Positions 46,812 to 59,722 of a DNA stretch of 64,000 bases are shown piece after piece. A model generated the notes under the pieces. The model had not been told where the DNA came from. It worked only from the letters and a program-made list of their open reading frames with translations, and searched no databases. How positions within the stretch are numbered: position 1 is the first letter of the stretch; each line of letters starts with the position of its first letter. The translations under genes and the position numbers were made by a program. The stretch covers positions 18,301,292 through 18,365,291 of the forward strand of contig OZ316898.1 in assembly GCA_973895155.1 (NCBI GenBank), in the 5' to 3' direction. Source of the DNA: Marsupella aquatica (lineage: Eukaryota; Plantae; Marchantiophyta).

Positions 46812-49273
46812 TCACACTGCAGCTGCGGCTACTTGAGCGATACGTTCTTCCCAAGGGTTCACACCTACAAAATCCAAGGGCCGATCTGACTCATTTCTGG
46901 TTCGAGTCAACGACTGTGACGAGAGTGACTCGTGTTGGAACCCCATGTAAGCTAGTACTTGGTTGTCGGCGAAATTGAGAGCTCTCTCGATGTTCTTCAT
47001 GCACTTCTGATAGTCAGGACTGCTGACATCTCCATTACATGGACCACAGCCTGTAAAGTGGGTGATCCATGGCCATCTCGGATCCCCCAGGCCCGGATGA
47101 TACTTCTCCATTGACGTCTCGTAAGTGTCCACTACTTCGACCCACCACGCACTGATCATGTAGTCGCTCAAATCGACTAGCTTGACTTTCGCCTTGACGG
47201 CCTCATCGGTGAGAAGGAGATAAGCTAGAGCAGACTGGTCATCAGCGGGATAATTCTCGGGCCTTTTTGTAAGGTACGACGTCAACATCTTGCCATACTC
47301 GGCTCGGACAGTGTCGGGTCCCATCGGTGACCATTTGTCAATCAGGTCGAGGCTCCATTGGCAATTCCGGATGATAAACACGCCAGCATTGAAGGCAACC
47401 CAGCTCTTCTGGGCGTAAAGTCCTTCAGAATAACCCCACATGATCATGTTCTTCCCCTCTGAGTCGTACGTGTGAAAGGGAGCCTCGAAAAGCATGTCCG
47501 TGAACACTGCGTCGCTATCAACCCAGAAGAACCACTCGATCTCTGGATGGGTTAGCATCAGCTTCCGCACAGTGGGTAGCTTGACCCAGAAGCCACCAAA
47601 CAATGGATCTAGCCAAACGAAGTTGTAGTAAATTTCGTAATTGTGCATCCGTGCATAGTCGATCTTGAGCTTGACGGATTTGAGATTGAAATGGTCTCCT
47701 ATTGGGCTATAGCATGGGTTTGGCTGGGATCCTGTGACTATGAGAACGCGAGGTTTACCATCAGGATTGGCCTTCATGTGAGGGTTTGCAGTCAGCCAGT
47801 TTTCACGCTGCTCGTCCCAATCTTTGATGGTTGGACCGAGAAGATAGGGCTCGGGGAAGACGAAAGGCTCCTCCTCTGCTGGCTTTGTTCCCGCAGTTTT
47901 GGATTCAGACTTCTCCTCTCTCACCTCCTGGGTCGCTCTCTCTTCAGGTTTCGATTCAGATTCCTTCGAATCCGTGGAATATTTCACTTCAGCTTGTACT
48001 CCAACCTCCTCCTTCTCCTTAGTCTGTTGCTCATTACCCTTCGCCCCAGACTCCTCCAAGTCATCATGATATGGAATTTCATCATTGGACTGAGGTTCCT
48101 CCCTAATCTTCCTCTGTTGCAGATTCTTAGCATTTGTTTCCGATTCCGACTCCGTCCTCTCAGTTTGGACTTTTTTCTGTTGCTCGCCCTGGACCTCCTG
48201 TTCTTCGGGAAGTGCCGTCAAATGCTCCCCATTCTCCGCGGCCGTTTCACTCTCATCTGCGTTTGGTTCGTCCTCTCGATTCTTCTCCATGCCATCCTGT
48301 CTACCGTGGTGCTCGAACCCAGCCTGGAGTTCATCCACTTTCGTCACCGGATTCTCCCCTGAATGATCGGTATTCGTCTTGATCTCCAATTTTTCTGACT
48401 GCAACAAACGACAATGTATTTAGAATTTCGGTAGTTGACTTGAATTGTAATTACGTTATTTCTGACGAAGGACCTCGAGAGGCAGCAAATATCTTGAATC
48501 AGCAATCCGATACAACGCAGAACAAGCTTCAGATTCGAAATGTTTCGTCGCATGGTTTCCAAGCACTGAACACTAAGAGCTCACTGACTTCCCAGTACGT
48601 GTATCGAGAATCGTCGTTCGGATCCATGCTCATTTAACTACGGTCTCAGCTTTGCTCTGCTCTCCAGAGCCTTAACGATGAAATTCTGGAATGAATCGGT
48701 TTCTAAAACAATATTCCAGAGAGCGTTTTTCAATCCGACATAAATCGGTACTGTATTGTTTTTTGCCTCAGCTGGTCCAGACGGATCCAGGCCTTTAATT
48801 CAATTTTAGACCTTAGTTTCACCGCAGAACACGAATCCACGACAACATCAGCGCGAGGCTTCGGATCAACGGATACAACTGTGTGTCCCATAAATGCTTA
48901 AAAGAATTCGATTGGTTTCAGTTCGGTTCGTGCGCAGTTGAACTTCTTCGTTTTACTACAGAGCGGAAGCAGCTACTGTACTAAACTAGACAAACATCAA
49001 GCTTCCCCTGAGGTTTCCTTATCGAAGATGGGTACAACAAGTGATAGTTATTACCTGCACGAGGCTGTCGCGCACAGTGTCGTCATGCTCGAGTAGGAGT
49101 CGGTACCGAGCCAGCGATCCCTTGAGCTCCGTTTCCCTGACATATGTGCGGTCCACCCTCGCTGCAGCGACAGTCGTGCGAGCACTGAATTGGCTCAAAA
49201 CCACAGCGTGCAGCAGCAAGACCAACACCAGTGCCAAGAACCGATCTGCTGCCAACCTCATGAGCACCCTCAT
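46812..49273 (-). CDS. GT34 family glycosyltransferase, two exons: complement(join(46812..48398,49055..49273))
   Basis: Same GT34 motifs (VTGSQP, WVDSDA, NAGVFIIRNCQW, DQSAL, HFTGC); hydrophobic exon 1 with CAG|GTAATA donor and TTGCAG|TCA acceptor in phase 0; long acidic stem. Confidence 0.92.
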
Positions 49274-50391
49274 CGTATACGACCAGAACCGGATCTTTCC
49301 TCCGAGATCAGCTCAGACCAGGTGTGCTCTCTGCAGCAGGAGCAGCAGTAGCAGCAGGGAACAGCATCGCTTGCTTACAGTAACTCCTGCGTCCTTCAGC
49401 TCAGAGATTCATCCACATCCTAGCTGGTCTTCCCCAATAATGTGAACGCTCAGCCTCCTAGTGGTCCCCCCTTTCATATGCCTCCCAGTAGATTGTCTCC
49501 GTTGTATCCCATCCTGGAATCTACTTTCTCTGCACTTTGGCAAAACGTACTTTCCAGCAATATATGCCTGCATGTAGCTGCCTCGCACCTTTATTGCATC
49601 ATACAGGTAGATCAATCATCGATTCACGCGTAGATTAGCGTAAACTTTTGCAATCTTCTAAATTTCATGGGCAGGCTTGATGTTGACACCTAAATAAAAC
49701 CAATCTTTTAGTAGGTCGAATATCATTCCTCACAAGGAGAGGAATAATAAACCCTCGCAGGACGGAAGAGCGTAATCCCCTTGAATTATGGGGAGATAAG
49801 GACCAGGTAAACCGGGCTAACATTCGTTTGGTCAATGTATAAGACACGGGGGTGTCCAGCTAAACAGGTCGGCGACCTTAATTAAGATTACATAGCAGGG
49901 TAACTCCAATCGGTGTCCCTATGCCAGCGACAATAGGTGGGTTTGTCACAATGTACAAACTTACCTCGAAACTTATACGACCTTCAAATTGAAGAAATCA
50001 GTGTCCGAGCACATCATCGAAGTTTAGCCACGAAAAAGATGGAAGCAAATACTACTCCTCGTTATCCAGTTGTGGTGATCTCAATGAAGGAAGTACCTTT
50101 ATCAAATGATCTAGAAAACCATTCATGGCTTGAAATCCTTGAATCCAGGCTTGAATCATAATCGTTGACTCCAGGCTTGAATCATAACACATCAAACTGT
50201 CAAACACAACAGATGAATGTAAGTCGCAAATTCTTGTACTTCCGCAGAAAACATAATGCGGAAGGTCAACTTAATCATTTTCATTTTCAAGATAAGGTGA
50301 AGAAAAGCTCATGAGCGGACCATGAAAGAGAACTAGGTGACAGAAAACACATGGGGGTGAACAGCCGCATAGACAAGACTTTTTTTAGAAA

Positions 50392-50867
50392 CAGCTTTTT
50401 ACTATCCTGTCCCCCCAAACTAACCGAATTTCATAACCTGCCCCCCAAATAAATTAAATGGCTAAGTTGCCCCCCATTTGGTAGATCTCTTTAGGCATAC
50501 CCAGTACATGGTCCCTGGTGCCACATGGCAAGTTGCCACTGGTCCGTGCTAAGCATGGACAGCGTTCTCACAAATACAGACGAGGGGCCAAAAATGGGTC
50601 ATTTGCGGGAGGGCTGTGTTCGGGCCAGCGACGGGAGCGGGAGGGCTTTGTTCGGGCCGGAGACGGGAGCGGGATGGCTCTGTTCGGGCCGGCGATGGGA
50701 GTGCCTCGATGGGGAAGGGGTAGAGGACAGGGCTTAGCCCGGACCAGTGGCGACTTGCCATGTGGCACAATGGATCTACGGAATGGGGGGCAACTTAGCA
50801 ATTTAATTTGTTTGGGGGGCAGGTTATGAAATTAGACTAGTTTGGGGGACAGGATAGTAAAAAGTTG
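50392..50867. mobile_element. Mutator-like MITE with long TIRs
   Basis: ~130-150-bp inverted arms (CTTTTTACTATCCTGTCCCCC... / ...GGGGGACAGGATAGTAAAAAG); 10-bp direct flank TTTTTAGAAA on both sides. Confidence 0.85.
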
Positions 50868-53059
50868 TTTTTAGAAATGCATACTCAATTGGTAAAATGG
50901 GGATAGTTTCTAATCATGTAGTGTAGGACTCTTAGGGCTGTCTTGCATGCATGATTGTGAGGGTCTTGATGCTCCCCTCCCCCCCCCCTCCCCTTTGAGT
51001 CAGTCATCATGGCTAAGGGCCAACTCGCATGTAAGCGGCCTTACCCGTTGCGGCCCTAAAAATGACTCGCGGCAGTGTATTAGTGCATGAGAGAAAAATG
51101 CCGTCACCTCCTCCCCTGCCAGCCTTGACGGCAGAAACGTAGCAATTTGAAAGGCAAGGGCCGGATATATTACAGCCCTTGCAGGTTCCAACCTTAACTT
51201 CCACATAAAACATGCCTAAAGTAACAGAGTCATATCGCGATAGTCTCCCATTGCGAGTTTTGCTGTGGCCACCGAGTTGCGGCGCGAGAAAAAAACCAGG
51301 AACTGTTTTTTTTATAATTCACCCAATTTTTGTCCATATGCCTATCTTGGCGAGGTCAGCCGAGATTGAGTCAATCTCAACTGCCCAGCTGAGATGCACG
51401 GAGGTGCAAAGTCCCCATCTCAACTATTCATATGAGATTCAAAAAACATTTAGCGTCAAAACTGATAATTGATATCAGTCACTGATAATCGATGATGTTG
51501 TGTACCTTGTTAGCAGCCTAATGCTCACTATATATGAGAAAGAGTAGGCCTTGTACATGGAAGTGCATGAGAAAACGTATCCTCACTTGTATTCTGGCTA
51601 CCATAATCCATCAACCTGGCCAGAGAGGGTGCACAGCATGCACCAACATTTATAATTGTAATCTTGGAATAAAAAGAGACCTAGGGTTCAAAATACCCGG
51701 TGATCTGAACTTGGGTAAAAAATACTCCCTCCACATAAGAAGTTTGTGGGACCACTCAAGTCCACTTAGGATTTTATAACAAATAAATCTATACACTCAT
51801 GTAGAATTAGGAGATAAAAAAAGAATGGGAAGGTTCTTTATGCAACTGACCACTTGGTCTCATGTAGAGTTAGACCTGTACTGGAAATATACACTTGTGG
51901 TGAAATGTGAAAGCAAAAGCAAATAAATGCCCTGCTATTTCCCTCTGTAAAGTACTCATCCTTAAAGCTATTCTCAAGCCCCACTTAAAAAATAATGGAT
52001 ACTAGCCTGATACCTATTTCTTAAATGTATATTGAATGTAAATAGAGATAATTAAAGAAAAAAAAAAAAAGAATTATATGCTATTTCTTGTTCATTTTTG
52101 CCCCATCCCTGTCTATTGTTCATCTTCACTTTCAGTTTTGTCCTTATTGAGAGTTAAGATCTAGAGTCTTCACTCTAAACCATAACCCTGAAAAGTAGCT
52201 CCGGATTGCGCTTTATTAGTGAGATGTGATGGAGTTGGGAATGCAATCTCCCGATCACATACTTGGCCACCATGATTAGAAAAGGCTTATTGTTTAGTGC
52301 AGAGAAAACATGGGCAAACACCAAGAGGACATCTTCATACAGCACACCAGATTAAATTACATGAATTGTAACACGGAGTACCAATAGTTACAAATTAAGC
52401 ACATAGGATGTGGGGGAAAAAAACCAATTTCTAATGGACCAAGCATTGTAGGCTACAATAGGGTACAGACTGCAAACCAAACTCCATGCTTAATTGGATG
52501 TCTCCAATGAGGGAGGGGCAGAGCCACCTGGGTATAAGGGAGGTTGTGGCTGGGAGTGTATCTATTGAACAATGCTGGCACAAGGGTCAAGCCTCCCTCA
52601 TTGATGGGGGAGTGACATGTAAACCTAATTCGATAGAGTTGGGATGGTCTCTCCTCTTAAGAGAGAGCTTGTAAAGGTTGGGCTGGAGGTGGGGACGGAA
52701 CAATGTGGATGTGTAAAGGCTAGATTTGAGAGTGAGTGGGGGGGGGGGGTGAAGTGATGGGCAAGGCAGGGCATTTGCCACATGCCAAGACTAGACTATA
52801 CTAGGATATGGATGACCTCAATCATATGTAATCCACAAGGCATCTGGTAACTTTGCAAGGCCCCTACCAATAAATGTTTCCACAAGTACAGTCTTGATGA
52901 TGGTCAGTTGGCCAGGGGATTAGCCTAGAATCCCCCTTCAAACACAAGGGATGTGGAGGGTATGTGTGTGTTTGTAGTGGTGGGAGTAATGGGCTTCTCT
53001 TCGGCCTTTGCCAGGCCTCTTTGTGGTCCTGATCCAACCTTCTGTCCTTGCTGGTACTT

Positions 53060-53425
53060 GTCCCTGTTGGATCCCTTGGATGTTGTTCTCCCTTGTGGGC
53101 TACCCGTCTGATCCTTAGGTATTGTTCTCCCTTGTGGGCTACCCTACAGTGGTGCATACTCCAAAGTAGAGCAACTATCTTCTGTTGGATGGTTGGATCA
53201 TTGGGTGTTGTTCTCCCTTGTGGGCTACCCTACAGTGGTGCATAGTCCAAAGTAGAACAACTATCCTCTGTTGTATGGGTGGATCATTGGGTATTGTTCT
53301 CCTGGTTGGTCCCTGGGTATTGTTCTCCATTGTGGACTACCCTACAATGGTGCGTACCCTACAATGGTGCGTACCCCAGAGTAGAACTGGGTATTGTTCT
53401 CCATTGTGGGCTACCCTAAAATGGT
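53060..53425. repeat. Degenerate tandem repeat (TGTTCTCCCTTGTGGGCTACCC units)
   Basis: At least five copies of the core. Confidence 0.75.
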
Positions 53426-56400
53426 AGTAGAATGGCTATCCTGGTGTTGGATGTGTCTACTTTTGGCTTTCAAGGCAAACCAAAAAAAAAAGGTGTTTAA
53501 GGTGTCAAAGGAAAGGCCAAAAAAAGGTGTTTATGGTGTCATTGGAAAGGATTTTACACTCGATTTTACGACGATATCCAAACAAGCCCAAGGCCAAGAC
53601 TTCGTTTAGTAACCACTTAGTGATGAATCCACAAAGATTCACAAAAAGAGCGATTCACATCGTAGACGATCCTCCCAATTCATCAAATTCTTGTTCAATC
53701 CTCTCAAATTCCGTAATCCTCACTCTCCTCATCTCCTGTTCAATCATCTCCCAATGCTGCTCAATCCTCCCCATTCTCGCGATTCCTGCTCAATCCTCTC
53801 CCCAATTCCTGCTCAGTCCTCTCCCCAATTCCTGAACCAAATGTGACAGAACGATGAAGAGAATTGGTACTGACGGCAGACAGACCACAGCTGCTGCTCT
53901 TTCCCAGATCGAGTGACAGATGAGAAGTTGTAAAGCTCTCTTTGTTCTGTCTTAGATAAACTTCTGTCCGACATTCCATAGAAGAGTCGCAGAGTACTAA
54001 GCTTTTTGTTGACAATCGAAAGCAACAGCAGACAGTGGTATTCGACCACACCGACCATGCTGACTAAATTAGCACAGCTGTGGGTCAGTGTAGTCAGTGT
54101 GAACATGCAGACAGTGATCATTCGAGCTTACATCGAGCAATAATTTATCTCTATCCATGTCATTCGACGTTTCATCGAGCAATAATTATCAACAAAGTCT
54201 ATTCTGTCAGCACGCTCCCACTCCTCCCAGATCTCATTCTGTCATTCAGGCTGAAGCGTAGCAATAAAGAGGTAGGTCACCAGTCACTTGGCCGAGGGCC
54301 CCAGCTAGTTTACGAGTGTTCATAGTTCATGGTCCTGGTGTACGCAGGGACACTTTGTTAACCTTGTTCGTGGAGCAATTAAGAACGTCTACTATATCAG
54401 CTCTGACAGGACGCGCGTTGTCAACAAATTGAGGTGCTCTACCATGATATGAGTCGATCAACGATCATGTACAGAATGGCCAGGATATATTCTAGACTTC
54501 AATGTGATTGAAAAAGGTCTTGGAAAGCTGGTTGTATAATTTCCAACTGCTGACCAAAAAAAGTTGGATTTTTTAATGCACCTGGCTGAGGTTGGTGATC
54601 ATGGTGCTACTGAAGTACGGTGGACTGCCAAATTCTGAATGGTTCGACTTAAATTGATCTTCAGGGCTTAGTCTGAACGTAACTTGGCACTTGACAGTAA
54701 GCTGTAACTGAGACAAGATTCCCTAACCAAAAAAGATGAGTTCCCGCGAGGTTACATTTATATCTCGGTTTGCAGCTGTGGAACGATGGTTTGGAAACAA
54801 TCTGAAAGTATCGCAAAATCTCAATGAAGGTACACTGAACCGTGATCCTAACGCTGAACGAAAAATCAATCACCGTTCCAATCCCAGCTTAATTTATAAA
54901 TTGACTAGTAAGCATTGCAAGATTTCCTTGAGAATTTAGCTGCCGAAGGGATTGGAGTTGAAATTCAATTTGGCATCAAATGCCTCAATTTCGAAGGACA
55001 CTGACTGTCACCTTGACCACAGAGACGAGGGCTTAAAGGAAAATAAAAAGATTACCCATCAGATGACAATTTTACCCATAACTTGTGGACTGATGTTGTC
55101 TCTTTTGTCTAGTTTCCAAACTGACAGGCTGATGAAACGTATACAAGGAGACAGCGGGCATTGACTCCCAATTCAGATCTTAGGGAGATTATATAAAGGT
55201 ATGAAGTTAGACGGCTATCGATAAGCATTGCAGCAAACTGAAGGACATTGGAAGTATGAATGCACATGAACATTAACAAGAAGGAATTGGAAAAGCACGA
55301 CTATGCTAACGAGCGGAAGTTTGATCAGGGTCTAGGGTCGACTCTCAAGCTTTAAGCACACAGGGAGATGGCAGTAGAGCATGCATTGAGGACAGTTGAC
55401 AGGCCAACGGATATATATATATATTGACAATAGAGTCCGAGCTCATTTCTCAACAGCAGGGAAGATTGAAGTTAGGTGTGGACGACGTTGAGTTCAAAGT
55501 TGGAAGGCCTTCCCACTCATATGATTTGAAACCAGAAGCCAGGGCTTGCTTAGAAGCAACAAAGGGGTTTTGGAGGAGGATGTAAAGAAACCAAAAAGGA
55601 GCTGCAGGGACAAAACAGGAAGGACGGGAGCCACAGAACTAGAGTAAATTTAATTCAACAAAGAGCTGTCTAGAGAAACAAGCCTCGATGAGCAGTACCC
55701 GTGTTCGATCGGATGAATCAGAAAACACAATTGGATGATGCGCACGGCAGCTACAAACAGCATGATGAAAACTTCACATTAATTCGACAACTCAACAAAG
55801 CTCCGTATTCTCATTGTCACTAGACCCAAAATCATTTGTGTTTGTCCTCTCTGGACCGAGCTAATTACTCGTTATGATTTAGTCACGAGCTCCACCATAC
55901 TTTTCAGTTTGGTTGTGACTCTCCGATGCTGTTTAATCTTGAGCTCTACCAGACAGACTTTTCAATTTGGTGCTCGACTTTCTTTTTTGCCTCGAAAAGA
56001 CCAATTTGGTGCTCGACTTTTTGGCTATTTGGGCTTCCTGGACTTTTCGCTTGTTTTCCTCCTTGTAGGGGTTCCTGCCTTTGGAATCATGTATCTCCAC
56101 GTATGGAGTTTATGTGCTCAGGCTGTGTTATATATATTTAATTTCGTTTCCACTGTACTTTGTTTTGTCTTTTCTAGTAAAACTCCATGGGAAGTTTTTC
56201 GGCATGGATTTTGTGGGATCGTATGGGTGACATATATGTCACACATTTATTGGATGTAACCCTGAAGGGCAATGTCTGTGTTGCAAAAGCGTGGTAGATA
56301 TGTGTGAAGTTGCAATATTTTTCTTCTAAAATCCCTGGAATTGTACTAACTAAATTTGCATGGAACCCTTAATAGAGAGTAGTGAGGACACTGACTCACT

Positions 56401-59362
56401 CTAAACACACAGAAAATCAATGTTGTGAACCAACCATTCTGTTCTGGGCCAATTTGAATTTTGGCCCAATTGTCACCTGGAAAATGCTATGGCCACCCAA
56501 TAGCAAGGAAAACAGAAGATTTTCCAGTCAATTTGCCAAATCCTTGTATAGCTAGGATGATTAATCTCCAAATCTAACAGTCATCCGGAAATCTAGGGAA
56601 TTTAAATGGTTCACCAGAAGTTTGGTAACAGAACTACTTCCAAGAAAGAGGCCTCACTTCTAGAGTAAAGTGTTCACCATTTAATAGTGTTCTGTAGCTC
56701 TTTTGGATTTTAGTGATTATTGACATGAAACTGCTACAGCCTGTTCCCCTGCCGGAATTAAAAAAAGTTCTGAGTGTCACTAGAGGGTGTTGAACCCCAC
56801 TGCTACAGTCGGCTCCCCTGCTGGAATCAAAAAAAGTTTTGAGTGTATATAAGTAGAGACGTCTGAACCCCACTTTTGCGGGATGTGTGTTTAAAAGCTC
56901 ACTATGAGCTTCTAACATGACACCTGAGTCGCCCACTCTCGCATTCTACTAGTAGCCCATGGACTGCAGGATGTCAAAGAGAGTTTTTATACATATTTAC
57001 TTTCATTTGCGAGCATCTAACTTCCAACTATGGGCCACTGGCAGCCACCTTCTGATGGAGCAGGCAGCTTGACAACATTTAATGTGAATCCCAAGATTTA
57101 TACAAGGAAATGAAAGAGAGAAGTGGCCACTCACACTCTTTTCCCCAAATGGGAAAAAGTGGCTGTTGGGAGATTCATTTTTTCATTAAGTATCATTAAA
57201 TTCCACCTCAAAGCGACTCATTTTTTCATTAAGTATCATTAAATTCCACCTCAAAGCGACTTCTCCTCCACTTTTGGCTAAAATCGACCACACTTCCACT
57301 GGCCCTTTTCCACCAAGTTACAAGCCCCATATGCAGGAATCTGATGGTTATCCTGAACTCTAGGGACATGGTGAAAAGTTGCTACAGAAAAATTAGATAT
57401 GGAACACAAGGTGACGTTGGCCACCTTGGCGGCAAAGAAAAACCTTAAAAATTACCCCAGTTGTGAGCAAGAAGAACATCTTAGTGAGCATGCGGAGGGG
57501 ATTTCTTTTGTCCATAGTCCATGGACAGAAAATTAATACAAAATGCAACGACTATATTTGTGTGTCAGCAGGATGCTGCGGAACTGGTGGAAGAATGTTT
57601 TATGCCACCAAAAGTCCAAAACAGAAAGAACAACCTCTGACTTGACCTGAGGGACTGGCGACTGAACGAACTTGTCTGAGAAAGGATGGAAACCCCAGCC
57701 CCATAGTCAGGATTGATTTTTAATGGTTTTTCTTTTTAGATGTGAAAGGGAAGATATTAAGTTACATTAATTTCTCACTGTGAGATCTCCCAGGATTTTG
57801 GGATATCCATCAGATTCTTGCTAATGGGGTCTGTGTGTGGCTAGTAACCAGAAACTAATACCTCAAAAGTTTGGCCAAAAGTGATGGAGACTTCTAGAGA
57901 TGGAATCTAGCCAATCCACGAATAGGGATGGAGGCAAAACTGAACAGGAAATAGAATCCTTTTTTCTGCAAGGTTTTTTTTGTCTCATCTTCTCTATTTG
58001 TGTTCAAGGAGCATATCAGGCTAGTCTAACTAATAAATCGCACTCAGAATTACTCCCTAGGCCTCCTGTCTAGAGTGAAGCCTCTAGAGAGTGACTAATC
58101 AAGGACATAATTAAAACCGGGGATATAAACTAAAAACAAAGATGGGCCAAAGGTGAACAGGAAGTAACATGTAATCATTTTTCTTGTAAAGTTTTTCTTT
58201 CTCCTAGTTTCTATTTATATGTCTCTATTGATGTTCAAGGAAGAAATAATCAGGCTACTGTCTTCCCCCCACACACAACGCCTGGGCATTGTGTTTGAAA
58301 ATGAGATTTTTGGGTCCCATGACAAAGAACACGAATACAACATCTTTTTAACACAACGCCCAGGCCTCGTGTTCAAATATTCATTGTATTCAAGTTGGAT
58401 GATATGTTTGAAGTTTTGACCTTGAACTGTTGTACATTTAGCACAAATGGCAAAAAACTCATGAATCCTATGACAATGTCAACTCAGACACAAAGCCAAC
58501 CCTCATGCACAACGCCCATTTTCAAAGACAATGCCCTTCAAGTACAAAAAATGAAAACACATAGCTAAAACTTCAAATAAAATGCCCCAGGTGCAGTATT
58601 CAAATAGAGCGCCCCATGGCCCATTATTTGAAAACAAGGCCATGACACTGTGTTCTGTGGAAGATTATAGTCATTATAATTCTTTGCAATTCACTCAATA
58701 CTTGCATAACAAAATTATGCAGGTATTGAGTTGCATTGCTCCACTTCCTTACTGGTCCTACGTGGAAACTCAGGAATTCAAGATCCTTCAACCTTGTCCT
58801 GTCAGTAGTAGTTTGTCCTGAAATCGGTGAAGTGAAACTGCAAACAAGGGAAGCTTCTTATGGAGAGAAGAATCAGTACTTTGTCAGCAAATTCTTCCAT
58901 GATTACTTTATGTAGGAGACGACTATAATTGGGCCGTTCTCACCACTTTGCAAATTAGCATGAGTGCAGCCATTAGCATGAGTGCATGACAGTACTCATC
59001 GCCCCTTATATATAGCATGCTCATCCTGGAACATGCTTTATTTTTTTGTCTTGTAGTGATATGAAAGTAAATAAAATATGAGAGCATAGAAGTGCTGTTA
59101 TATAAGTAAAGTGTTTGTCAAGAAAAGTACAATGACCAAGAACAGGTACAGTCAAACTATGCTACGATGTGTGCACTTAACTCAGGGTGCCTTATGAATG
59201 ACACTCCTTTCAATAAAAACCATAAACCTAGGAAAGAAAAACATGAGGAGAACTTAAGAGGCTATGTATTCATGTTCTTCAACATCATTTCTCTCACTTG
59301 TGGTGGTGGAGCCTTTGGTTTCATCTCTAAGAAAACACATAATGTGAAAGGGGGCTGCCAAA

Positions 59363-59722
59363 ATAAGTTCAAAACACTCTAGAATACCTAAAACTAAAGG
59401 GGTCTAAAAATTAATTAAAAATGTATAGAATACAAAGGCTGCCCCTTGATAAGGCAGATTGAAATGAAAATACATGACACAAAAATCTGAATAAGCCAAA
59501 ATCTGAAATGTGCATTCACCATATAGCAGCTTCACAAATTGTGTTCATTGGGATAAGTTCAAAACACTCTAGAATACCTAAAACTAAAGGGGTCTAAAAA
59601 TTAATTAAAAATGTATAGAATACAAAGGCTGCCCCTTGATAAGGCAGATTGAAATGAAAATACATGACACAGAAATCTGAATAAGACAAAATCTGAAATG
59701 TGCATTCACCATATAGCTTCAC
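59363..59722. repeat. Tandem duplication, ~190-bp unit x2
   Basis: ATAAGTTCAAAACACTCTAGAATACC at 59363 and 59553. Confidence 0.88.

Noticed and set aside
47643-48362. 239-aa plus-strand ORF
   Set aside because: Antisense shadow of the GT34 coding exon; likewise 190..603 and 610..1161.
54400-55600. Possible Ty3/Gypsy integrase-chromodomain remnant with purine tract
   Set aside because: Only faint WKGLP-like similarity across frameshifts; no paired LTRs or intact motifs.
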